In this document: positions 25,557-35,380 of the stretch, piece by piece
Position numbering within the stretch: position 1 is the first letter of the stretch
How the letters are laid out: each line of letters begins with the position of its first letter
Source: Candidatus Saccharimonadota bacterium
GTDB taxonomy: Bacteria > Patescibacteriota > Saccharimonadia > Saccharimonadales > UBA4665
Length of the DNA stretch: 64,000 bases
Direction: 5' to 3'
Assembly: GCA_016789655.1 (NCBI GenBank)
Contig: JAEUQV010000099.1
Span: forward strand, 32,778 to 96,777
Program-made: the position numbers and the translations under genes
Notes under the pieces: model-generated
What the model was told of the DNA's origin: nothing
The model's input: only the letters and a program-made list of their open reading frames with translations
Databases searched by the model: none

Positions 25557-26804
25557 TTATACGAGCTCAACCAGTGCAGTGTCTTTAAAGGCTTTGCCGC
25601 GACGCACTAACATCCGAGCATTATTGAACATGCCGGGATTGAGTTTTTCATCTGTTGTTTTCACCCCATTGACCGAAATGGCATTTCCAGCGATTAAACG
25701 TCGAGCCTCTCCATTTGAGCTCGCTAATCCTGTGTTGACCAAAACCGCAATCATCGAAGCATCGGCAGCTGTTTGCACGGATGATATTTCCGCTCGCAAG
25801 GCATGCAACACGCTATCACTAGCTTCCCCAATCGGTGCATCGCCTATCAGGCACGCTGTAACACTCTGGGCAGTTCGAAGCGCATCATCGCCATGTACCA
25901 AACGAGTGACTTCTTCGGCAAGCCGTTTTTGTGCATAGCGTGCCCCTGTGTTTTCAGTGTGTTTCGCCAGCACTAACTCAAGCTCATCTTTGCCAAGCAG
26001 CGTATAAACTTTCAAATAGTCTTCTACGCCGGCATCGTCGCAGTTAATCCAGAACTGGTAAAAGGCCGTCGGTGTCGTCTTGGCTGGATCTAGCCAAATG
26101 GCTCCTCCTTCACTTTTACCAAATTTTACCCCTGTGGATTTATTGATGACCAGTGGTGCGGTCCATATATGTGCTTCGCCCCCGGCTATGCGTCGGATGA
26201 GCTCAACACCAGCTATGCAATTACCCCATTGGTCTGAACCAGCGACCTGCAAAGTAGCACCCTTTTCTCTATACAAGTGCAGGAAATCGTAACCCTGAAT
26301 AAGTGCATAGCTGAATTCTGCATAAGAAATACCGCTACCCTCATCGCCAAGGCGGTCTTGGACGAACTCTCGCCCGAGCATTTGCCGCACCGGGACATGC
26401 TTACCAACTTCACGCAGAAAATCTAGGTAACCCATGTCTTTGAACCAGTCATAGTTATCGACAATTTCTAAATCCTTGCCGTCAAAAATGCGTCGGTATT
26501 GTTTGGATATTGCCGCTTTATTACGGGCAATATCATCAACCGAAAGGAGTTCACGCTCTTGTTTTTTGCCGTCTGGATCACCGATCATACCGGTGGCTCC
26601 GCCAACAAGCAATACCGCCCGGTGACCGGCATCGATAAAATGACGTACCATCATAGCAAGCGCAAAATTGCCTACGGTCATACTATCGGCACTGGGGTCT
26701 ACACCCCAATAAAACGTGATAGGATCTCCATCGATTGAAGTTATGTCTTTGTACGTTGTCTGGTTCACAAAACCACGCCAGGTGAGTTCGTCGGATAATT
26801 TCAT
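25557..26804 (-). CDS. tyrS: Tyrosine--tRNA ligase
   Basis: Class I aaRS with a KFGKS (KMSKS-type) loop, a TyrRS core and a C-terminal S4-like domain (RRLIAGNAISVNG). Confidence 0.94.
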   Translation of the reverse strand: MKLSDELTWRGFVNQTTYKDITSIDGDPITFYWGVDPSADSMTVGNFALAMMVRHFIDAGHRAVLLVGGATGMIGDPDGKKQERELLSVDDIARNKAAISKQYRRIFDGKDLEIVDNYDWFKDMGYLDFLREVGKHVPVRQMLGREFVQDRLGDEGSGISYAEFSYALIQGYDFLHLYREKGATLQVAGSDQWGNCIAGVELIRRIAGGEAHIWTAPLVINKSTGVKFGKSEGGAIWLDPAKTTPTAFYQFWINCDDAGVEDYLKVYTLLGKDELELVLAKHTENTGARYAQKRLAEEVTRLVHGDDALRTAQSVTACLIGDAPIGEASDSVLHALRAEISSVQTAADASMIAVLVNTGLASSNGEARRLIAGNAISVNGVKTTDEKLNPGMFNNARMLVRRGKAFKDTALVELV

Positions 26805-26818
26805 GGGTACTAGTATAC

Positions 26819-26867
26819 AGAGTTACTAGTTAAGAGTTAAGAGTTAAGAGATAAGAGTTAAGATGGG
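26819..26867. repeat. Heptamer array of 7 units (AGAGTTA CTAGTTA AGAGTTA AGAGTTA AGAGATA AGAGTTA AGATGGG) fused to the tyrS -10 box
   Basis: Period-7 pattern. The minus strand ends ...CTTAACT AGTAACT CTG-TATACT-AGTACCC-ATG(tyrS). Confidence 0.88.
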
Positions 26868-26948
26868 GAAGAAATTTGAAACTAAAATTTAGAAAATGGG
26901 AGACTTCTAGAAACCAAATCTCTGGCCAGTTAGCCCTGATCTCTAGTT

Positions 26949-26990
26949 TTCTAGTATCAAGTTTCTAATTGCTAATTGCTAAATTCAAAA
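26949..26990. repeat. Heptamer array, T(T/G)CTAAT flavour (TTCTAGT ATCAAGT TTCTAAT TGCTAAT TGCTAAA TTCAAAA), upstream of the PBP1A promoter
   Basis: Period-7 pattern. It is followed by the extended -10 TGCTATACT (27019-27027) and a second TATAAT (27055-27060) 9 nt before the ATG. Confidence 0.6.
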
Positions 26991-27069
26991 TTTCGCTTGT
27001 GCTCGCAGCCAATACATTTGCTATACTAGTTGAGGAACATATAAGTGGAGTTCATATAATACACATCCT

Positions 27070-30027
27070 ATGAAAGAGTCGCCATCAGATCGCCCGCGAC
27101 GCTCACCGTCGCGTAGCAAAAACACTTTTGTAACGCGCAGCGGTAAAACTATAAAGGTCAATCGCAGCCTCAACGAACGCCTGAAAGCCGGCCGCGAAGC
27201 TAAAGCACGCCGCAAGGCAGCATACCTAAGTAGCCTACCTGCAGACCCTTTGAAGCGTCTGCTATTCCGCATAAGCCCGAAGCGTATTGCTCGGTACTGG
27301 TTTAGCCGCGAGGGCGCCATTATGGCGCTGAAAATCACTGGCATTGGCTTTGTTGTGATGTTTCTACTGATTGTCGGGGTATTCGCCTATTTCCGTAAAG
27401 ACTTACCCGAAATCAAAGATATTAGCGGCAATACGTTCGGTGGCAGCATCACCTACTATGATCGCACTGGCCAAACTGTGCTCTTCCAAGATTTCGATAC
27501 TAAGAAACGCGTGCCAGTAGAGGGTAAAAACATTTCAAACTATATGAAATGGGCAACCATCGCGATAGAAGACAAAAACTTCTACAAGCATGGCGCCTTC
27601 GACACTAGGGGAATCATGCGTGCCATCGTCAATGATGTGCGAGGTACCGGAAGCACCCAGGGTGGTTCAACCATTACACAGCAGCTGGTTAAGATCAACG
27701 AAGATTGGGGTAATGACCGGACGATTAGCCGTAAAGTTAAGGAGCTTATACTAGCGGTTGAGCTTGAACGGGAATATAGCAAAGATGAGATTCTTATAGG
27801 CTACCTAAATATGGCGCCGTACGGCAACGTTGATTATGGAGTAGAGACAGCTGCCCAAGATTATTTTCACGTCAGTGCAAAAGATTTAACTTTAGCTCAA
27901 GCTGCCATGTTGGCAGGTATACCCAAGGCTCCTGGCTCGCTCTCGCCGTTCAGTAGCCCGCAGTATAATCCTAGCCTAGCGACAAACTACTTTAATGCGG
28001 ATGCATTAATAGGTCGTAAAAATTACATCCTGGATGTCATGGCTCAGCAAGGCTATATCACAGATAAAGAAGCGGAAGAGGCAAAGAAGGTTGATGTATT
28101 GTCCCAAGTTAAGCAGTTGCAGTCGCATTATGCGAATATCAAGGCTCCGTATTTCGTGCTGGCCGCTCGTGATGAATTGCTTAAGAGTTTTCCTACCGCT
28201 GTGGTCAAGCGTGGTGGTTGGAAAGTAATTACTACCATAGATCTAAACTTACAAAACATTGCTGAAACAGCTTACAACAATGGTCAACCACAACTTCGCA
28301 GACAGGGCGCAGATAATGCCGCCTTCGTAGCCGAAGATACACAGTCCGGGCAAGTGGTCGCACTCATAGGTGGACGTGGATTAGATACGCCTGGTTACGG
28401 TGAAATAAACTACGCAACAGATGTAAATATATCTCCGGGCTCAAGTATCAAGCCGTATGACTACGCAGCGTTCATAGACAACAATACGAACGTTGGTGCC
28501 GGAAGTGTGTTGTACGACACCGTCGGAGCCCTACCGGGATATCCCTGCACCAATCGTGCACTTCCTCCAAATGGAAACTGTTTGTGGGATTTTGACAGAC
28601 GCTCGCCAGGGCCGGTCACGCTCCGATATGCCCTAGGCGGCTCACGTAACATACCCGCAATAAAAGCTTTTGTATCATCCGTCCCTAATGACACAAGTAG
28701 CGGCAGAACAACATCAATCAATAAGACTATGTCGACCATAGGCAAGCTGATGCAGGGCCATGACAATTATCGATGCTTCAGACAAGATATTGAAGATATC
28801 ACACAAGCCACCAAGGCAGATGAAACACAGTGCTATGCTTCTGCCGGCATCGGTGACGGCGCCTACTTACACCTCGATGAGCATGTCAATGGTATCGCAT
28901 CGCTTGGAAGAATGGGTAAGGCAATCCCTAATACATATATCCTTAAGGTAACCAATTCATCAGGCAAAGTTTTGAAAGAATTCAAGCAACCCAAACCTGT
29001 CGAAGCCGTCAAAGAAGATACTGCGTACATCGTGAATGATATGTCAGCAGACCCAGGTGCATCATATTTGAGCGGAAGTTGTACGGAGACGAACTGCTAT
29101 GGCATGAAGTTCCACCGCTATAAGGGCTGGAAGACGGCAATAAAAACAGGTACTACCAACGATCTCTATGACGGTTTGATGGTAGCCTGGAATACGAAAT
29201 TTACAACAGGGATTTGGGTTGGGAATCACTCACGTACCGTAGCTTATAGTGGTCAACCGGAGTATATGACTGATCCCATCATGAAAGAATTCATGCAGAA
29301 AGCTCTCGACACGGCTGGACCAGCAGTAAACTGGCAACAACCTGCAGGCATAAAGACAGCAGCTGCATATGTAAACCGCGCCGCGGTGACTGGCGCGCAA
29401 AGCGTTCCAAGCCGAAGTACTGATCTTTTCCCGTCATGGTACGTCGGTAAGGCTACGAGCAAATCACAAGTATTGGACAAGGTAAGCGGTAAATTGGCGA
29501 CAAGTTGCACACCAGAACTCGCGAAACAGTCAAGCCTTAACAGTAACGCTACAAGCTGGAATGTCGACGTATTTTCGGGGGGGAGTGCAGGTGGAGCACC
29601 AGCGACCCAGGGCGCTGATGATGTACATAACTGTAATGATGCAAAGCCGAGCATAAGTATTACTGCCATAAACGGTGCCGCAACAAGCAGCCAAGCCGGG
29701 TTAACGTGTCCGCAAGCTGGTTGTAGCATAATGGCACATATCGAACAAGGTACACACGCTCTCACAGATGCAAGTCGACCAAGCTTCCCGGGTACCTTGA
29801 GCTTACTGGTGAATGGCCAGTCTGTCCAATCTCAAGCGGTCAGTGCTACTGGCGACTATCAATTCACCTACACACCGGCAAGCGATAGCGGAGATTCCGT
29901 GCAGATAAGCGTTCAGGTCACAGATAGCGTATTGTACCAAGGGAGTGACAATGCGAGCGTTGCAATCACAAAACCATCTAGTGTTTCCAGTGGTAGCGGC
30001 GGTAGTGGTGATCATTCTGGGCCGTAG
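27070..30027 (+). CDS. Class A penicillin-binding protein (glycosyltransferase + transpeptidase) with basic cytoplasmic tail and C-terminal Ig-like extension
   Basis: GT51 motifs EDKNFYKHGAFD and GGSTITQQL. Transpeptidase motifs SPGSSIKP (SxxK) and KTGTT. TM segment ITGIGFVVMFLLIVGVFAYF. Confidence 0.9.
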   Translation: MKESPSDRPRRSPSRSKNTFVTRSGKTIKVNRSLNERLKAGREAKARRKAAYLSSLPADPLKRLLFRISPKRIARYWFSREGAIMALKITGIGFVVMFLLIVGVFAYFRKDLPEIKDISGNTFGGSITYYDRTGQTVLFQDFDTKKRVPVEGKNISNYMKWATIAIEDKNFYKHGAFDTRGIMRAIVNDVRGTGSTQGGSTITQQLVKINEDWGNDRTISRKVKELILAVELEREYSKDEILIGYLNMAPYGNVDYGVETAAQDYFHVSAKDLTLAQAAMLAGIPKAPGSLSPFSSPQYNPSLATNYFNADALIGRKNYILDVMAQQGYITDKEAEEAKKVDVLSQVKQLQSHYANIKAPYFVLAARDELLKSFPTAVVKRGGWKVITTIDLNLQNIAETAYNNGQPQLRRQGADNAAFVAEDTQSGQVVALIGGRGLDTPGYGEINYATDVNISPGSSIKPYDYAAFIDNNTNVGAGSVLYDTVGALPGYPCTNRALPPNGNCLWDFDRRSPGPVTLRYALGGSRNIPAIKAFVSSVPNDTSSGRTTSINKTMSTIGKLMQGHDNYRCFRQDIEDITQATKADETQCYASAGIGDGAYLHLDEHVNGIASLGRMGKAIPNTYILKVTNSSGKVLKEFKQPKPVEAVKEDTAYIVNDMSADPGASYLSGSCTETNCYGMKFHRYKGWKTAIKTGTTNDLYDGLMVAWNTKFTTGIWVGNHSRTVAYSGQPEYMTDPIMKEFMQKALDTAGPAVNWQQPAGIKTAAAYVNRAAVTGAQSVPSRSTDLFPSWYVGKATSKSQVLDKVSGKLATSCTPELAKQSSLNSNATSWNVDVFSGGSAGGAPATQGADDVHNCNDAKPSISITAINGAATSSQAGLTCPQAGCSIMAHIEQGTHALTDASRPSFPGTLSLLVNGQSVQSQAVSATGDYQFTYTPASDSGDSVQISVQVTDSVLYQGSDNASVAITKPSSVSSGSGGSGDHSGP

Positions 30028-30254
30028 TAGTGCTGCAAGTTGCTTTATCGTAGTCAGAAGCGGCACGAATCTAAGAGTATAAATTCGACTTACGTGGGGA
30101 TAACACCCGATCCATATTCATTCACAAGTAATTCGGTAGGTATTTAATCTGCAGGAATTGAACCTGTAGGTTCACTAGCGTGAGAAAACTGGCTTCCGAA
30201 AGCTGCCAAACGGGTATGGAGTCGTGCGAGTTCCCGCATAAGACCAGTAGTATG

Positions 30255-31613
30255 TTACTGCTCGAGAAATGCATTCAGAGCCGTACGAACGTCACCTACA
30301 ACATACAGATACGGGTCCGACTTTTTATTGCCACCCCGTTGGCGCGGACCAATCGCCACATCAAAGCCTAATTTCTTTGCCTCGGCAATGCGCTTATCTA
30401 TTGCCGACACATGACGCACTTCACCCGAGAGGCCTACTTCTCCGAAGACCACAGCGTTTTGCTTTAATTTTAGGCCTTTTGCCGCGGAACCTATCGCCAT
30501 ACAAACGGCTAAGTCTGCAGCGGGATCCGATAATTTCAAGCCCCCTACGATATTAATGTAAATATCTTGCTCTGCGAGCTTTAATTTCGTACGTCTTTCA
30601 AGCATCGCAATGAGTAGATTGACTCGATTTATATCTATGCCGCTAGCGGCTCGTTTTGGGTACCCATAGCTCGTTTTGTTGACTAGTGCTTGCACTTCTA
30701 CCAAAACTGGTCTAGTACCTTCAAGGGTAGCCAATACGACTGAACCGTCCGTAACTTGCCGCTCTTCGAGTAAGGCCTCCGACGGGTTAAGTACTGGCCT
30801 GAGCCCCCGCTCATCCATTTCTAGTATGGCAACTTCTGTCGTAGGGCCAAAACGATTTTTGGTGGCACGCAAGAGCTTAAAGCCGCCATACGCATCACCC
30901 TCGAGTGTAAGTACTACATCGACTATATGCTCAAGTAATTTTGGGCCAGCGATAGAGCCTTCTTTGGTTACATGGCCAACCACAAGGAGTGCTGTATTCG
31001 ACTCTTTGGCCGCACGCAGTAACACATTCGTACTATTAGTAATCTGACTAACGCTCCCCGGTGCAGAAGATACCCCTGTCGCTTGCAGGGTTTGGATAGA
31101 ATCAACTATTACAAGCTGAAAATTGCCTGTTGCAATCGTAGCCGCGCTGTCATCGGCAGAATTGGTTGTGCCCAGCTGCAATGAAGTAGCCTGTGCACCT
31201 AAGCGACTGGCCCTCATACCAATTTGGTGCTCTGACTCTTCTCCACTGATATACAGTACTTTTTGCTTCTGAGCGACGGTACTCGCAAGCTGTAACAGCA
31301 ACGTACTTTTACCAATACCAGGTTGACCAGCTATGAGCACCACGCCCCCAGGGACGAGCCCACCGCCGAGCACAGTATCTATATCTGAAATACCTGTTTG
31401 CATGCGGGCTTCAGTGTGTGCGGTAGCCGTCTTGACAGGCTGAAGTTCAAGCGGTTTTGCATGACTTTGTTTACCCCCTGAGCCTGCTGACGACACCAAA
31501 TGCACTTCCTCTGCTATGGTATTCCACTCGCCACACTGCGAGCAACGCCCTGCCCAAGCACTATATTGCGCCCCACAATTTTGACAAACATATTTCACAC
31601 TTTGTTTCGCCAT
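30255..31613 (-). CDS. radA: DNA repair protein RadA/Sms
   Basis: Zinc finger CQNCGAQYSAWAGRCSQCGEW, Walker A GQPGIGKST, KNRFG motif and a Lon-like C-terminal domain. Start is at ATG 31613. Confidence 0.93.
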   Translation of the reverse strand: MAKQSVKYVCQNCGAQYSAWAGRCSQCGEWNTIAEEVHLVSSAGSGGKQSHAKPLELQPVKTATAHTEARMQTGISDIDTVLGGGLVPGGVVLIAGQPGIGKSTLLLQLASTVAQKQKVLYISGEESEHQIGMRASRLGAQATSLQLGTTNSADDSAATIATGNFQLVIVDSIQTLQATGVSSAPGSVSQITNSTNVLLRAAKESNTALLVVGHVTKEGSIAGPKLLEHIVDVVLTLEGDAYGGFKLLRATKNRFGPTTEVAILEMDERGLRPVLNPSEALLEERQVTDGSVVLATLEGTRPVLVEVQALVNKTSYGYPKRAASGIDINRVNLLIAMLERRTKLKLAEQDIYINIVGGLKLSDPAADLAVCMAIGSAAKGLKLKQNAVVFGEVGLSGEVRHVSAIDKRIAEAKKLGFDVAIGPRQRGGNKKSDPYLYVVGDVRTALNAFLEQ

Positions 31614-31683
31614 ATGTATAGAGTATACCCTCGTTGAATCAATGCTCCAATACGCCCACCCTAAACAGAGTACCCTTACATAC

Positions 31684-32664
31684 CTACTGCTCACTCGGAA
31701 GCGATTGAGCTGAGAGCGCTTGTGTTAATTGGCGCTCTTCGAGTGCAACGGTATTACGTTTTTCGACTACTTCATTATACGTATTTATCTGGTTGCGTGT
31801 TTCCGCGAGCAACGCATTATACTTATTGACCGCTTGATTGTACGGAGCAACTCGACTATTGTAACCAGCTGTATCCCCCTGAACTTTCAGAGCTTCCATT
31901 TGTTCTTGCAGATCGTTGAGTGAGCTGCGCTGAGACTGAAGTGACGCCTGGTTGGCTTCGATCGCTTGCTTCAAATCTTTTAGCTGCGTATCGAACGCTG
32001 CTACTTGCTGCTGGCGACTCGTAAATTCAGACTGGTAACGCATAGTGTACGCTGCCACCTTTGCCCGATCTGTAAAGTATTGTTTGTAGTACGTTTCGAG
32101 TCCATTTGGTAATGAAACAATTTCGGTTGCAAAAATTGAATGCATTTCGTTTAGTAATTCTGTGGGCTCAGTTTTTTTATAAGCAGCGATGGTTTCTTTA
32201 ACACGCTGGTCAGTCAGACCGCGAGCATAATAATCGGAAAGTTGTGCATCGATGCTTTTTTTATCATCTCCACTTAGTCGCGCATACGCAGCGTGTAGCA
32301 TTTCGTGTGCTGCAGTGACCTCAACAACGCCTTTCAGACGTGGGTCGCTCACCTTGTATAGCCATATCCCTTCATCACCACCCTTGTAGCAACCAAGCAC
32401 AACAGTTTTTTCTGCACCCTGGGGACAAGCATCACCAAAGTCACTGCCAGCAGTAATTATCGGCCTATTAACATACAGTAGATGCTGCCCATAAGCAGTC
32501 ATTGCATCGGAAGTAACTAACGCAGCCACTTCGGGCGATGGTGTATAGCCCCGTAACTTATACCAGTCAATCAGTCGCTGCTGGTTGACAAACATTAAGC
32601 CAAAAACACCAAACCAAATAAGCAAGAATATGAAAGTAGCGAGTCGCTTTGGTAGTTGTTTCAT
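31684..32664 (-). CDS. Membrane-anchored hypothetical protein with HExxH motif (AAHEMLHAAY) and C-terminal coiled coil
   Basis: N-terminal TM segment (FIFLLIWFGVFGLMFV), HEMLH plus a downstream NEMHS, and a heptad-rich Q/L/N tail. TGCTATACT lies 8 nt upstream of the ATG. Confidence 0.55.
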   Translation of the reverse strand: MKQLPKRLATFIFLLIWFGVFGLMFVNQQRLIDWYKLRGYTPSPEVAALVTSDAMTAYGQHLLYVNRPIITAGSDFGDACPQGAEKTVVLGCYKGGDEGIWLYKVSDPRLKGVVEVTAAHEMLHAAYARLSGDDKKSIDAQLSDYYARGLTDQRVKETIAAYKKTEPTELLNEMHSIFATEIVSLPNGLETYYKQYFTDRAKVAAYTMRYQSEFTSRQQQVAAFDTQLKDLKQAIEANQASLQSQRSSLNDLQEQMEALKVQGDTAGYNSRVAPYNQAVNKYNALLAETRNQINTYNEVVEKRNTVALEERQLTQALSAQSLPSEQ

Positions 32665-32720
32665 GTGTCAAAAGTATAGCACTTCGTGCGGTTCTACTGC
32701 ATAGTTGCGTTCATTGCCGA

Positions 32721-35207
32721 CTATTCAGTGGCAGTAGCATAAGTAAGCGCGTCGTTCTTCACCCCAATATGCACGATATCGCCCTTAAGGTACTTGTCGT
32801 CGAGTAGGTCAAGGGCCATTTGGTCTTCAATGGTATCTTGGATGAGGCGTCTGAGCGGCCGTACACCATTTTTAGCATCGTACCCGTGCTCAAGTAGATA
32901 TTGCTTAGCTGCGCTCGTTAATTGAAGGCTCACTCCATGTTTTTGCAAACGTTGACGTAATTCATCAATCTGTAGGTCAACTATTTTTAAGATGTCTTTC
33001 TTAGTAAGACCTCGGAAAACGACCACTTTATCAATACGATTCAGAAGTTCAGGTCGAAGCTCTTTTTTAAGACGGTCCAATACGTTTTGTTTATTCTGCT
33101 CATGCAATGCATCGAGATCATCATAATCAGTGGTTTGATCTGCTCGAAAGCCGAATGCCGCTTCTTTTTGCAACTTGTCGGCTCCAATATTGCTGGTCAT
33201 GATGATGATAGTATTGGTAAAGTCAATACGACGACCTTTTGCATCTGTCAGATAGCCATCTTCAAGTACTTGTAGCAGCATGTTAAAGACATCTGGGTGG
33301 GCTTTTTCAATTTCATCAAAAAGTACCAGGCTGTACGGTTGACGGCGTATTTTATCGGTGAGTTGGCCGCCATCATCATACCCAACGTATCCTGCAGGCG
33401 CCCCAACCAACCGCGATACGTTATGACGCTCGCCAAATTCACTCATGTCTATTTTGACTAGGGCGCTTTCAGAGCCGAAAAACTCACGAGCTAAAACTCT
33501 AGCGAGCTCTGTCTTGCCAACCCCTGTCGGACCAAGAAAGATGAACGACCCGATTGGCCGCGTAGTCGAACCGATTCCGCTCCGATTACGTCGTATAGCT
33601 TTACTTACTACCTCCACGGCCTCTGACTGACCGATGACATGCTTAGCAATGTTTTTTTCTAGCGAAAGCAAATACTTTGCTTCGCTTTTAATGACCTTCT
33701 TTACAGGAACACCCGTAATACGTGAAACGACTTCGGCCACATCATCGCTTGTCATAACAAGTTGTTTATCGGTCTTTGTAGACTTATACAAATCAGCTAG
33801 CTCTTTTTGAATCTGGGAAGCGCGAGTTTTGCTTCGCGCTGCACGCTCGTAATCTTCCTGATCTACAGCTTCGTCTATCCGTGCATTAACGAGTTTAAGT
33901 TCCTTCTGAAGTTTTCTCACTTCTGGGCTGGTTTTGCCCTTTTCGACCCGCAAATGAGCAGCCGTTTCGTCGAGTAGGTCTATGGCTTTATCGGGCATAT
34001 AGCGATCCTGTATATAGCGTTTGGCAAACTGTACCGTATCCTCTATAACCTCATCAGAGATGACTACACCATGGAACTCCTCGTAGTGTTTGCGTAACCC
34101 CTTTAAGATAGCACTCGTTTCATGCACAGTGGTTTCGGGAACCTGAATCGGCTGGAAACGCCTCTCTAGAGCCGCATCTTTTTCAACGTGCTTTGTGTAT
34201 TCAGCGGTAGTGGTGGCACCAATGACCTGAATTTTTCCACGTGCTAGTGCAGGTTTGAGTATATTGCCAGCATCCATCGAGCCCTCTGCCGCACCAGCGC
34301 CTACTATGAGATGAAGTTCATCTATAAATACTACCGTGCGCTTATCTTCTTCGAGTTCCGCCATGACTTTCTTGAGCCGCTCCTCGAATTCACCTCGGTA
34401 TTTTGTACCGGCTATCATACCTGCTAGATCTAGCATGACGATGCGCTTATCCAATAAACTATCCGGGACATCTTCGGTGACAATACGCTGAGCTAAGCCT
34501 TCAACTATAGCAGTCTTGCCGACGCCTGGTTCACCAATGAGTACGGGGTTATTTTTGGTTCGTCGGTTCAGAATAGTAACAACACGTTTTATCTGCGCAT
34601 CACGGCCAACTACTGGGTCAAGCTTACCGCCGCGAGCCTGTGCTGTCAGATCGGTGCCAAATTGCTCTAGGTAGGTTTTATTGCCGCGACCTGGTTTGCG
34701 ACTCGTAGAACGGCGGCCACCTGGAGCGACATTCTCACGGTCGGCTTCGTCGAACTGGCGGTTTAGGAAGTTTTCGAGCTCTCTTACCACACTGTCGGTA
34801 TTCACGTTCATTTCACGCAGCAAGACACTCGCCCGGGAATTTTTTTGCGACAATATACTATATAAAATATGCTCGGTGCCGCAGTAGTCCTGGCCAAAAT
34901 CTTGTGCTACATCATACGCCATGCGCAGCGTTAGTTTTGCCGTTTCGCTATATCCCTTTGCGCCCATGTTTATTACCAGATTTTTGGGTGTCAATTTTAG
35001 AGCTACTCGTGCCTTGTCTAAGGTGACGCCTGCATCTACGAGAATTTTGCCCCCAAGGCTACCATCTTGCGCGAGCAGACCAAGCAATAAATGCTCTGTG
35101 CCTATATAGGCATCGCCCAAACCGCGAGCTATCGTGCCGGCGTGCGCTAGGCACTGTCGGGCATTTTCGGTTAGGTAATTGGAAAATTCTTGGTAGTCGG
35201 GTTGCAT
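32721..35207 (-). CDS. clpC: ATP-dependent Clp protease ATP-binding subunit ClpC
   Basis: Two Clp_N repeats, two AAA+ modules ([16 protein letters not shown]), a UVR-like linker and a ClpP-binding loop region. Confidence 0.93.
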   Translation of the reverse strand: MQPDYQEFSNYLTENARQCLAHAGTIARGLGDAYIGTEHLLLGLLAQDGSLGGKILVDAGVTLDKARVALKLTPKNLVINMGAKGYSETAKLTLRMAYDVAQDFGQDYCGTEHILYSILSQKNSRASVLLREMNVNTDSVVRELENFLNRQFDEADRENVAPGGRRSTSRKPGRGNKTYLEQFGTDLTAQARGGKLDPVVGRDAQIKRVVTILNRRTKNNPVLIGEPGVGKTAIVEGLAQRIVTEDVPDSLLDKRIVMLDLAGMIAGTKYRGEFEERLKKVMAELEEDKRTVVFIDELHLIVGAGAAEGSMDAGNILKPALARGKIQVIGATTTAEYTKHVEKDAALERRFQPIQVPETTVHETSAILKGLRKHYEEFHGVVISDEVIEDTVQFAKRYIQDRYMPDKAIDLLDETAAHLRVEKGKTSPEVRKLQKELKLVNARIDEAVDQEDYERAARSKTRASQIQKELADLYKSTKTDKQLVMTSDDVAEVVSRITGVPVKKVIKSEAKYLLSLEKNIAKHVIGQSEAVEVVSKAIRRNRSGIGSTTRPIGSFIFLGPTGVGKTELARVLAREFFGSESALVKIDMSEFGERHNVSRLVGAPAGYVGYDDGGQLTDKIRRQPYSLVLFDEIEKAHPDVFNMLLQVLEDGYLTDAKGRRIDFTNTIIIMTSNIGADKLQKEAAFGFRADQTTDYDDLDALHEQNKQNVLDRLKKELRPELLNRIDKVVVFRGLTKKDILKIVDLQIDELRQRLQKHGVSLQLTSAAKQYLLEHGYDAKNGVRPLRRLIQDTIEDQMALDLLDDKYLKGDIVHIGVKNDALTYATATE

Positions 35208-35228
35208 GATTCGCTCCTTCGAAGCTCA

Positions 35229-35264
35229 AGAGTCATGAGTCAAGGAGTCATGAGTCAAGAGTGG
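35229..35264. repeat. Heptamer array AGAGTCA TGAGTCA AGGAGTCA TGAGTCA AGAGTGG in the clpC 5' UTR
   Basis: Period-7 pattern (one 8-nt unit) between the predicted clpC promoter and the AAGGAG Shine-Dalgarno sequence. Confidence 0.8.
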
Positions 35265-35333
35265 AGATTATGTTGCTTTGAAAGCTTATTAACTCGCCCC
35301 GCGGCTGACTTAGCCAGCAGCTACGATACTACT

Positions 35334-35372
35334 AGTGTAGCAAAATTAGCACTCCCAGGTCAAGAGTGCCAA
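35334..35372 (-). promoter_or_regulatory. clpC promoter overlapped by a CIRCE (HrcA operator) inverted repeat
   Basis: TTAGCACTC-N9-GAGTGCCAA at 35346-35372 matches the CIRCE consensus 17/18. On the minus strand the loop carries TTGACC (-35), followed by an 18-nt spacer and the extended -10 TGC-TACACT (35339-35334). Confidence 0.7.
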
Positions 35373-35380
35373 CACGCAGC

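Noticed and set aside
30140-30250. tRNA on the minus strand (GGTTCAATTCC T-loop-like) or SRP RNA (CTGGCTTCCGAAAGCTGCCAAAC resembles the helix 8 region).
   Set aside because: No acceptor stem or anticodon arm can be paired around the T-loop-like segment. The apical loop is CCGA/TCGG rather than GNRA, and the conserved AGCA/GGAA symmetric-loop residues are absent.
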